64,000 nucleotides of DNA from Candidatus Micrarchaeota archaeon (GTDB lineage Archaea > Micrarchaeota > Micrarchaeia > Norongarragalinales > SBBD01), in NCBI GenBank assembly GCA_018819225.1, contig JAHJQN010000008.1, positions 1 through 64,000 on the forward strand. The letters are read 5' to 3'. Below, one piece after another: positions 8,894 to 16,425 of this stretch. Position 1 is the first letter of the stretch. Each line of letters opens with the position of its first letter. A program made the position numbers and the translations under genes. The notes beneath the pieces are model-generated. The model was not told the DNA's origin, did not search any database, and was given only the letters and a program-made list of their open reading frames with translations.

Positions 8894-10011
8894 AAACCGT
8901 TTACTTGGATTGCGCGTCCGGAATCAGCGGGGACATGACTATCGCGGCTTTCTTGGACGCGCAACTCATCACGCCCAAATCATTACTCAACGAATTAAGA
9001 AAATTAAGATTGCCAGCCACTTACTCTTTAAAGAAAGTAAGAAAGAACGGTTTTCAAGCCACGCAGTTTCAAGTGAAAGAAAACAAGGGAAAACGCATAC
9101 CTGCAACGTATAGAGACATTAAGCAATTATTGGCGCGTTCTCACCTTGAGAAAGCCACGAAACGAAACGCGGACGCGATATTGCTCGCACTCGGAAAAGC
9201 GGAGGCAACCGCGCACGGAATTTCAATTGAAAGCGTTCATTTTCACGAAGTAGGAGCGGTTGACTCGATAGCGGACATTGTAGGTGCCGCGCACTGCTTT
9301 GCGAGCGCTAAGGCGACCATCTATTGCTCGCGCGTGAACGTGGGAGGAGGCATGACGCGCATTCAACACGGGTCCATGAACGTCCCGGCTCCCGCCACCG
9401 CGGAATTATTGAAAAGCTTTGAATGCTATTCGCACGGAAACCACGAGCTGACGACTCCCACTGGAGCCGCCATCCTTCACGCGTTAACGCAACAAGCGGT
9501 CATGCCGCCCATGAAATTACTTAAGACAGGGAAAGGGGCCGGAACGCTGACTTGGGAAGAACCCAACCTGCTACGCGTTTACTACGGAGAGGTAAGGAAC
9601 CAATGGCTGGAGGATAGTGTGCTCGTCATCGAGGCTAGCGTGGACGATATGAATCCCGAATACTTGCCGCTCTCCATGGAAAAATTGATGAAGGCAGGCG
9701 CATTGGACGCGTTCGTACAACCCATTGGAATGAAGAAAGGGAGAATGGGGATCAAGTTGACGGCATTATGCGCACTGGAATCCCGAGAAAAAGTCATGGA
9801 AGCGTTCTTTCGAAACACCACGACTATTGGTTTACGATACTATGTTGCGCAACGCGGAAAACTGTATCGGAGAAAAGAAGACATAGGTATAGGAGGCGGC
9901 AAACTGAAAGGAAAACGGAGCTGGATGTTCGGGGAAGAAGGAAACGTGAAGCCCGAGTACAACGAAGTGAAAAAGCAATTGAATAAAAAGAGGCCCGATG
10001 TACGCAAATAA
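8890..10011 (+). CDS. larC: Nickel insertase LarC
   Basis: 'DCASGISGDM', 'VHFHEVGAVDSIADIVG', 'VPAPATAELL', 'ELTTPTGAA', 'MKKGRMG', 'TTTIGLR'. ATGA overlap with larB. Confidence 0.95.
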   Translation: MKTVYLDCASGISGDMTIAAFLDAQLITPKSLLNELRKLRLPATYSLKKVRKNGFQATQFQVKENKGKRIPATYRDIKQLLARSHLEKATKRNADAILLALGKAEATAHGISIESVHFHEVGAVDSIADIVGAAHCFASAKATIYCSRVNVGGGMTRIQHGSMNVPAPATAELLKSFECYSHGNHELTTPTGAAILHALTQQAVMPPMKLLKTGKGAGTLTWEEPNLLRVYYGEVRNQWLEDSVLVIEASVDDMNPEYLPLSMEKLMKAGALDAFVQPIGMKKGRMGIKLTALCALESREKVMEAFFRNTTTIGLRYYVAQRGKLYRRKEDIGIGGGKLKGKRSWMFGEEGNVKPEYNEVKKQLNKKRPDVRK

Positions 10012-10022
10012 GGAGGGAAAGC

Positions 10023-10301
10023 ATGGCATCGCTTCGGAAACTAGAGAAAGAGGTTGAAGCGCTCAAGAAACGAAACGAGCGAGTGGAAACCGACAAGGGA
10101 TGGGAAACGAGCTTCTCGAGACGAGTCCTACTCATCCTATTTACGTATATTGCGATCGGCATTTACTTGGAAGCCATCGCGGTAAAGGACGCGTGGGTAC
10201 ACGCAATAGTGCCTGCCGTCGCGTTCATGCTCTCCACGCTCTCGCTGCCCTTCTTCAAGAGAGTATGGATTAAGTACAAGACCAAGGAATACGACGATTA
10301 A
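10023..10301 (+). CDS. Small hypothetical membrane protein
   Basis: GGAGG SD, basic N-terminus 'KRNERVETDKGWETS', two TM helices. Confidence 0.7.
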   Translation: MASLRKLEKEVEALKKRNERVETDKGWETSFSRRVLLILFTYIAIGIYLEAIAVKDAWVHAIVPAVAFMLSTLSLPFFKRVWIKYKTKEYDD

Positions 10302-10328
10302 GAAGTACGGCAACCATTTAGTCTTAAA

Positions 10329-11039
10329 TTATTTCGATCGCCTGAAGAATGCGCGCATCTTTTTCTCTTGAACTGGATCCAATCCCGAAACCAATCCGCG
10401 AACGTCCGATTGTTGTTCTCGTGAAATCAAGTACTTCCGAGTGGAGGCGTCGGGAGCGAATCGCTCTGCGTTCGCGACGTGAGCCGCACCCAAAATGGAA
10501 ACGTGCAATCGGCAAGTCAAGGTATCATTCAGCAAGTTGGCTGCTTTTTGGGCGGCTCGGACTTGGTATTGACGCCAAATAGCTGCTCGATCCGTCGGAT
10601 CCGTTGCTTGTTCATGTTTGATCTGCAGCAATCCAAGCGCCTCGTTATCCTGATGACGCATAATAGGTAATACGTGTGCCCCTTTATTCAACAAGGCATC
10701 AATAACGCGGAGAAAGAATCGGTGGTCCGGGGAAGCACGGCTCAATTGTCCAATTTCGTTCAAACGATTTCGAAAGATAAGCGAGTATCTCTCTGGATCC
10801 GTATTTTGTAAACGTTTAATCTCGGGAAGTTCTTCTTTGCGAAAAAGATGAGTAGACGGGGGCAGATCCAATCCGACTCGCATTCCGGGCTCAACGTTCG
10901 AATCAATCCAATGAAGCGTTCTGTCCAGGCTGTAGCTGCTGCGGTCGTGGTGGAGAACCCCCAACAAGATCGGCTGCTCAATCTTTTCCCCGCGATGAGG
11001 GTGAACCATTCTTTCAATGGCTTTCTTGCGGGAAGGCAT
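10329..11039 (-). CDS. Hypothetical protein, possibly TraB/EreA/ChaN superfamily fold
   Basis: Motif order 'LLGVLHH' ... 'VGLDLP' ... 'ILGAAHV' resembles that superfamily. Family call is weak. Confidence 0.45.
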   Translation of the reverse strand: MPSRKKAIERMVHPHRGEKIEQPILLGVLHHDRSSYSLDRTLHWIDSNVEPGMRVGLDLPPSTHLFRKEELPEIKRLQNTDPERYSLIFRNRLNEIGQLSRASPDHRFFLRVIDALLNKGAHVLPIMRHQDNEALGLLQIKHEQATDPTDRAAIWRQYQVRAAQKAANLLNDTLTCRLHVSILGAAHVANAERFAPDASTRKYLISREQQSDVRGLVSGLDPVQEKKMRAFFRRSK

Positions 11040-11144
11040 AAGACGATCAACCGGGGTATTGGAAGAAGTACAGGAAGCTCCGGACATTTAAATATTTCGA
11101 CTACAGTGTTAGGCACCGAAGGTGAGTACACCAAACGAAATCGC

Positions 11145-11417
11145 CTAAGCTAGGATCCCCAATAATAGAAGAACGCCTGCGAAAAATCCAAAGGTTACTA
11201 TTCCCTCAATCGAAGCCCAGTATTGCTTCAGGAAATACCCCATTCCAACGAATAAAGCAGTGACCTCCAACCCACCCAACATTTCACTTCCCCTCAAGAA
11301 GCTCAGTAGCCCTTCACCGGGAAGTCCCAACTGAGTCAGAACCATGAACATGACTAATAACATGATCATCCAATCCAAGAATCCTGTTCCGGTTCCAATA
11401 CGGGTTGACCCGCTCAT
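11145..11417 (-). CDS. Small membrane protein
   Basis: Three hydrophobic segments. Lies 1 bp after the upstream small membrane ORF. Confidence 0.6.
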   Translation of the reverse strand: MSGSTRIGTGTGFLDWMIMLLVMFMVLTQLGLPGEGLLSFLRGSEMLGGLEVTALFVGMGYFLKQYWASIEGIVTFGFFAGVLLLLGILA

Positions 11418-11418
11418 G

Positions 11419-11646
11419 TTAACTCACCAACGCAATAACTCCAAAGAACCATAAAGCAATCCATGCCTCCCGCACTTGGCTCCATACGGCGGGTATGACC
11501 AACGATATCGCGAAAAAACTTGCCAATCGCGCATGGGTCAACACGTGAACGATGCCTCCAATCATTGAAATATTTCCCGCGTATGAGAAAAGGATTCCCA
11601 TTAGGAAGAGGACGACGACGGCGATCTCAACGGCAGTATCCATCAT
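11419..11646 (-). CDS. Small membrane protein
   Basis: Three hydrophobic segments, divergent from trmB. Confidence 0.6.
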   Translation of the reverse strand: MMDTAVEIAVVVLFLMGILFSYAGNISMIGGIVHVLTHARLASFFAISLVIPAVWSQVREAWIALWFFGVIALVS

Positions 11647-11692
11647 GTTTCAGCTCTGAATACTTAACACCAATGACATTCAAATAGACTAC

Positions 11693-11710
11693 TGTCCCCC
11701 TAGGGGGTCA
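11693..11710. promoter_or_regulatory. Palindromic putative operator (core CCCCCTAGGGGG) in the divergent promoter upstream of the TrmB regulator
   Basis: Perfect 12-bp palindrome at 11696-11707, just upstream of TATA-like TTTTATATA (~11721-11729). Confidence 0.45.
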
Positions 11711-11750
11711 TAATAGAACATTTTATATAGGATATGGAAGAAAGCATACC

Positions 11751-12530
11751 ATGGAACCCAAGCTGTTGGAGCGATTTGGCTTAACTCCCGGCGAAGTCCG
11801 CGTATACCTTGCCCTTCTTTCACTCGGCGATAGCACGACGGGTCCGCTCGCACAGGAATCCCGCGTGTCCTCATCGAAAGTATACAAAGTACTTGGAAGG
11901 CTTCAGCGCAAGGGCCTTTGTGGCCATATCCTTAAAGGAGGAGTCAAACGATTCCGGGCCACCGACCCTACCCGACTGTTGGACTACCTGGAGGAAAAAG
12001 AATCCGAGCTGGAGAAGCAACGAATACTGGCCCAGCAACTCATTCCGGAACTGGTTCGCCTCCATCAAACCGCGCCTCAACCCGCTCAAGCCACGGTTCT
12101 TTATGGCTTGCGGGCCGTCACCAATTTCTTCCGCAACATACTCGACGAATTGCATTCCGGGGAGACGTACCACGTGCTCGGCGGGGGCTATGGACAAGAG
12201 GCTTCAGGACTCCGAGAATTCTTTCACGCGTTCCATCACCGCCGGGCAAAAAAGAAGATTCGCGTCATGATCCTGGCCAATCATTCCGTAAAGGGAAAAA
12301 TGGTTCCCACGTCGCTGCGCTGTTCTCAAATTCGCGTCATGCCGCGTCCCCTCATTTCCAATATGCAGATCACGTTCTATCACAACAAGGCATTGATCTC
12401 CCTTTGGACGAAGGAGCCGATGGGCTTCTACATTGAAAACGAGGAGGCCGTCCGAAGCTTCCGAACGTACTTCGACGATTATTGGAAGAGAGCCCCAGTA
12501 TACCCAGGCTCGAAACGCGATCGCTTCTAG
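11751..12530 (+). CDS. TrmB-family transcriptional regulator
   Basis: 'GLTPGEVRVYLALL', 'SSKVYKVLGRLQRKGL' wHTH, and C-terminal 'SFRTYFDDYWKRA'. Confidence 0.9.
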   Translation: MEPKLLERFGLTPGEVRVYLALLSLGDSTTGPLAQESRVSSSKVYKVLGRLQRKGLCGHILKGGVKRFRATDPTRLLDYLEEKESELEKQRILAQQLIPELVRLHQTAPQPAQATVLYGLRAVTNFFRNILDELHSGETYHVLGGGYGQEASGLREFFHAFHHRRAKKKIRVMILANHSVKGKMVPTSLRCSQIRVMPRPLISNMQITFYHNKALISLWTKEPMGFYIENEEAVRSFRTYFDDYWKRAPVYPGSKRDRF

Positions 12531-12617
12531 AATAAGATGCAGGGGGAGTATGCGTAGACGGGCTTTAAAAGCATCCGATATTAAATGCGTTTTGACTGAG
12601 TTCGTTTCCTAGGAAAG

Positions 12618-13142
12618 TTAGCTCTCAATTAATTCGGTTTCAAGTTGTATTGGCTTCGTCAAGCAGTATACCCCAGGACACCGTTCTCTGGCTATTTGCT
12701 CTATTTCCTTTAGCTTGGAATCGTCGCCGCTTGCTGAAGCGGTTACCGTGATTTTAACCGATTCGACAATTGGTTCGTCACTTAAACCAAGCGACTTTGA
12801 CAAGTTGACTTTGTTTTCCGCTGATACGCTCAGCTCGGTTAACTTAACTCCTTTTTCGGCTGCAACAGAAGCAAACGTTTGCGCAAAACAAGCCGATAAA
12901 CCAAACAAGCAATACTGCACAGGGTCCGGCTTTTGTCCCGAACCCCCCAAGAACGGAGGCGCATCAGATTCGAGGCTCGTGTTTCCTTGAGCGTGCCCTA
13001 AAACAGCAGAAAACTGCGGCTTGCCATCCTCCAAATTCCAGCTTCCCTTGATTTTCTTGACTTTAACCGCTTGGTTATGGTCTTGCTCAACTTCTTGTAC
13101 AAAGGCCATTACTTTATCCAGTTCGACATTGTTCACGTTCAT
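12618..13142 (-). CDS. OsmC/Ohr-family protein
   Basis: 'SDAPPFLGGSGQKPDPVQYCLFGLSAC' and distal 'RCP' cysteine. Confidence 0.85.
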   Translation of the reverse strand: MNVNNVELDKVMAFVQEVEQDHNQAVKVKKIKGSWNLEDGKPQFSAVLGHAQGNTSLESDAPPFLGGSGQKPDPVQYCLFGLSACFAQTFASVAAEKGVKLTELSVSAENKVNLSKSLGLSDEPIVESVKITVTASASGDDSKLKEIEQIARERCPGVYCLTKPIQLETELIES

Positions 13143-13155
13143 TCGCGTCACCCAT

Positions 13156-13476
13156 TCATCCAAAAGATATTAGTTTCTCGGATTCGTTGATTAAAGCAAG
13201 CAAATCATCCATTGAAGAAACGCTGCAAACCCGGGTTTGTTGTTTTCTCGAGTACAGGCAAGTTCCGCACGCCAGAATCCGCCCGCCGTTTTCCTTAAAG
13301 GAATTCAATTCATTTTGTACATCGAAGTTTTCATCTTGAATTGATTCGCATTCCACGCCCTTGCCTAGCAAGAAAACCGCGGCTCCATCGTTGTTTTTTA
13401 AAGCGGCTACGCCAAGCCTGAAGGCATTCCACACCGTTTCAGGCTCGCGGGTATTCAACACGATTCCAAGCTTCAC
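13156..13476 (-). CDS. DsrE/DsrF-like sulfur-relay protein
   Basis: 'ETVWNAFRLG', 'VFLLGKGVE', 'ILACGTCL'. Confidence 0.85.
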   Translation of the reverse strand: MKLGIVLNTREPETVWNAFRLGVAALKNNDGAAVFLLGKGVECESIQDENFDVQNELNSFKENGGRILACGTCLYSRKQQTRVCSVSSMDDLLALINESEKLISFG

Positions 13477-13482
13477 TTGCGA

Positions 13483-14106
13483 TCACCGTAGTTCTTTCTT
13501 CATTTCTTTAAACTCTTTCAGAGTTATCTCGCCGCCTGCGAACCTGCGCTTCAAAACGGTTAGAGGATCTTCGCGTGCCGTCTGACTCAAAGTGCGTTTG
13601 TAAAACCAAATCACCAAGAGAATCAAGGCGGTTATTGCGAGAAGCCATAAGGTATAGCCAATAACGTTCCAACCCCCAAACGTTCCGTAATCACCCATCA
13701 TTCCCTGCGTCATGTCCGTTTGTATGGGAGTTTGTCCGCCCATCATCCCCGAACTAGGCATATTGCCGTCCATCATGTTCATCATCGGCATCATGCCCAT
13801 CGTGCCTCCAGAACCCATCATTCCGCTGCCCCCGCAGTACATCATTCTAGCCATTTGAATGTGCATCTGCCTCAAACTTACGGAGCCCTCTCCGCCCATC
13901 GTTTCATCCATCGCCTTATGGCTCTCGCCGGGATGCATTTGCTCCATGTAATAGTCTCCAATTGCTTCAAGCTGTTCGTCGGAAAGGCGGTCACAGTTTA
14001 CCCCCGAATCGATTAACTGCCTTGCTTCAGCAAAATGATCGTGCGCAGAGACCGAAACGGCTCCAAACACCAGAATAAGCGCTACAAGAAACGGCAACGG
14101 GTTCAT
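13483..14106 (-). CDS. Met/His-rich membrane protein with C-terminal SHOCT domain
   Basis: Signal peptide, 'MEQMHPGESH..MD..MGGEGS', Met-Gly-rich linker, TM helix, 'LKRRFAGGEITLKEFKEMKKEL'. Confidence 0.8.
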   Translation of the reverse strand: MNPLPFLVALILVFGAVSVSAHDHFAEARQLIDSGVNCDRLSDEQLEAIGDYYMEQMHPGESHKAMDETMGGEGSVSLRQMHIQMARMMYCGGSGMMGSGGTMGMMPMMNMMDGNMPSSGMMGGQTPIQTDMTQGMMGDYGTFGGWNVIGYTLWLLAITALILLVIWFYKRTLSQTAREDPLTVLKRRFAGGEITLKEFKEMKKELR

Positions 14107-14441
14107 TTCTTTCCACCTTCTAATGGATTTGTAAACCTCAGCTCATCTCTCAGACGATCCCTCAAAACATTCCTCATTAAATCAAATGCACGAATTATCT
14201 TCGGGTTTGAAACCTTGTAGAAAACGTTTTTTCCCCGCCTCGTCGCAACGACCACCCTCTTCTGTTTCATCAGCGACAAATGCTGGGAAATATTGGCTTG
14301 GCTTAATCCCGTCTTTTTTATCAATTCACTAACAGACCGCTCCCCATCCCTCAAAAGGTCTAAAATCTCCAGCCGTACGTGGTTGGAAAGAACCTTGCAT
14401 ACATCGGCATGCATCAAGTAAAGCCTCTTTTCCATAAACAT
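14103..14441 (-). CDS. ArsR/SmtB-family transcriptional repressor
   Basis: 'VCKVLSNHVRLEILDLL', 'SQANISQHLSLMK', 'RRGKNVFY'. Confidence 0.92.
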   Translation of the reverse strand: MFMEKRLYLMHADVCKVLSNHVRLEILDLLRDGERSVSELIKKTGLSQANISQHLSLMKQKRVVVATRRGKNVFYKVSNPKIIRAFDLMRNVLRDRLRDELRFTNPLEGGKK

Positions 14442-14446
14442 ATTAC

Positions 14447-14460
14447 AATATTCGAATATT
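14447..14460. promoter_or_regulatory. Perfect 14-bp palindrome AATATTCGAATATT, putative ArsR operator
   Basis: Lies between the TATA-like TTTAAA (14459-14464) and the arsR start codon (14441). Confidence 0.6.
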
Positions 14461-14707
14461 TAAATGCTTTGCACAACTTAGTGAACAAAGTAAAAGAATC
14501 AAGAGAACGGGTAGAGCCTCAAATAAGCCTCGTGTAAAATCCTGCGTTTTCGTGCATAATTCAACCTAGCATCGACGGTTCTCGGCGTACTGCGATAAGG
14601 ATTCCGTTGTGCACCGAATGGGGCAGACCATAATAATCGAAAATGATACGTTATTGTGCGAGTATGGGCATGAAAACGTGCCGCCCTGCACCTAGACGTG
14701 GTCTTAA

Positions 14708-14729
14708 TGCAGGGGAAGGGATTTCGAAC
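14708..14729 (-). repeat. Degenerate direct copy of the tRNA-Leu 3' end (att-like)
   Basis: TGCAGGGGAAGGGATTTCGAAC versus tRNA TGCAGGGAGAGGGATTTGAAC (14811-14831). Confidence 0.6.
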
Positions 14730-14808
14730 GACCTTTCTTGGGAAGGAAACTCGACCAAAGAATGAATGATGAGCGACTTTTTGATCGACCTTTTTTGAAA
14801 AAGGTCGG
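14729..14808. repeat. Two oppositely oriented copies of a tRNA-associated hairpin element
   Basis: 14729-14761 (reverse) and 14778-14808 (TTTTTGATCGACCTTTTTTGAAAAAGGTCGG). A near-identical copy lies at 51930-51958. Confidence 0.65.
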
Positions 14809-14810
14809 AG

Positions 14811-14895
14811 TGCAGGGAGAGGGATTTGAACCCCCGAACCCCTAAGGGACAGGGTCCTAAACCCTGCGCATTTGACCATGCTCTGCCACCCCTGC
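14811..14895 (-). tRNA. tRNA-Leu(TAG)
   Basis: 85 nt. Acceptor GCAGGGG/TCCCTGC, anticodon arm CAGGG-TTTAGGA-CCCTG, long variable arm, T-loop GGTTCAAATCC. Confidence 0.95.
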
Positions 14896-14957
14896 GCATT
14901 GTTCGGGGAAGAATACGTTAATTAAGGTTTTTCAGGACAAGTTAATCGATTAACACC

Positions 14958-16424
14958 ATGCAAATGAAACAACGCGAATTCAAAATCGATAAAGAAACCA
15001 ATTTCTCGGAATGGTATAACACGATCATTTACGGCGCCGAACTAGCGGACATCCGCTATAACGTGAAAGGATTCGTGGTGTTTCGCCCTTGGGCAGTCGC
15101 CGCCATGAAGCGCATGTACGCGGCATACGAGAAAGAACTCGAAAAAACAGGTCATGGACCGGCATGGTTCCCGGCCCTCATCCCCGAAAAGAATTTGATG
15201 AAGGAAGCAAAACACGTGGAAGGATTCGTACCCGAAGTGTTCTGGGTGGAAAAAGCGGGGGAAACGAAACTGGAAGAAAGGCTGGCGATGCGACCCACAT
15301 CCGAAACCGCCATGTATCCCATGTACGCGCTTTGGATTCAAAGCGCGAGCGACTTGCCGTTGAAAATCTATCACAGTTCGCAAGTGTGGAGGCACGAAAC
15401 CAAGGCCACGAAACCATTCATTCGCAGCCGCGAGTTCTACTGGATTGAAGCGCATGACGTGTACGCCACGCGCGAAGAATCCGAGGCGCAGGTCCGGGAA
15501 GACATGCAGATCGCACGCAAAGTCATTACGCAGAAATTAGGGGTTCCGTTCGTGTTCTTCCAAAGACCGCAATGGGACAAGTTTCCGGGCGCTCTGCATA
15601 CGTTTGCCGCAGACACCCTCATGCCCGACGGAAAAGTCATTCAACAACCGTCTACGCATTTATTGGGACAGAATTTCTCGAAAGCATTCGATATTTCTTT
15701 CACCGATGAAAAGGGGAATAAACAATTCGGGTGGCAGACGTGTTACGGACCGGCCATCTCCCGCATTTACGCCAGCGTCATCAGCATGCACGGAGACTCG
15801 AAAGGACTCGTTCTACCGCCCATAATTGCACCCATTCAAATCGTGATCGTGCCCATCGCGCGAAAAGGGAGTGGAGACCCGCTTGTGAAAAAAGCGCTTC
15901 AAATCAAGGAAGCGTTAGAGCAAAAAGACTGGCGCGTGCACATAGACTCCAGAGACAAAACGCCGGGGTTCAAGTTTAATGACTGGGAAATGAAAGGCGT
16001 TCCCATGCGCATTGAAATGGGTGAACGCGAACTCGAGAAACTAAGCGTCACGCTCGCCTTAAGGGATTCGGGAGAAAAACGTACGGTTCTGGAAAAGGAC
16101 TTGGAAAAACGCGTTATGCAGGAAGCCGAGGCAATGACCAAGCGCATGCTGGAGAAAGCCGAAAAATGGTTCACCGCCCGTTTAAACACGGCGTCTACGG
16201 AAAAAGATCTCGTGAAACGCTTGGATAAAGGCGGGATGGTGCGTATTCCGTTTTGCACGCTGGAAATGAATGGAATGCCTTGCGCGGAATCCCTTAAAAA
16301 AAAGCACGCAATAGACGTGAGGGGAACGCGTTACGATCAAAAGGAAAAACCGAGCGGGAAGGAAACGTGCGTCATGTGCGGAAAGACTGCCGCGGTCTAC
16401 GTTTTCGCGGGAAGACAGTACTAA
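14958..16424 (+). CDS. proS: Prolyl-tRNA synthetase (archaeal/eukaryotic type)
   Basis: 'RPTSETAMY', 'WRHETKATKPFIRSREFYWIEAH', 'THLLGQNFSKAF', C-terminal Zn-site Cys residues and terminal Tyr. Confidence 0.97.
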   Translation: MQMKQREFKIDKETNFSEWYNTIIYGAELADIRYNVKGFVVFRPWAVAAMKRMYAAYEKELEKTGHGPAWFPALIPEKNLMKEAKHVEGFVPEVFWVEKAGETKLEERLAMRPTSETAMYPMYALWIQSASDLPLKIYHSSQVWRHETKATKPFIRSREFYWIEAHDVYATREESEAQVREDMQIARKVITQKLGVPFVFFQRPQWDKFPGALHTFAADTLMPDGKVIQQPSTHLLGQNFSKAFDISFTDEKGNKQFGWQTCYGPAISRIYASVISMHGDSKGLVLPPIIAPIQIVIVPIARKGSGDPLVKKALQIKEALEQKDWRVHIDSRDKTPGFKFNDWEMKGVPMRIEMGERELEKLSVTLALRDSGEKRTVLEKDLEKRVMQEAEAMTKRMLEKAEKWFTARLNTASTEKDLVKRLDKGGMVRIPFCTLEMNGMPCAESLKKKHAIDVRGTRYDQKEKPSGKETCVMCGKTAAVYVFAGRQY

Positions 16425-16425
16425 A

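Noticed and set aside
14499-14899. ORFs overlapping tRNA-Leu (also 4686-4898 over tRNA-Tyr)
   Set aside because: They overlap bona fide tRNA genes and have no protein-like features.
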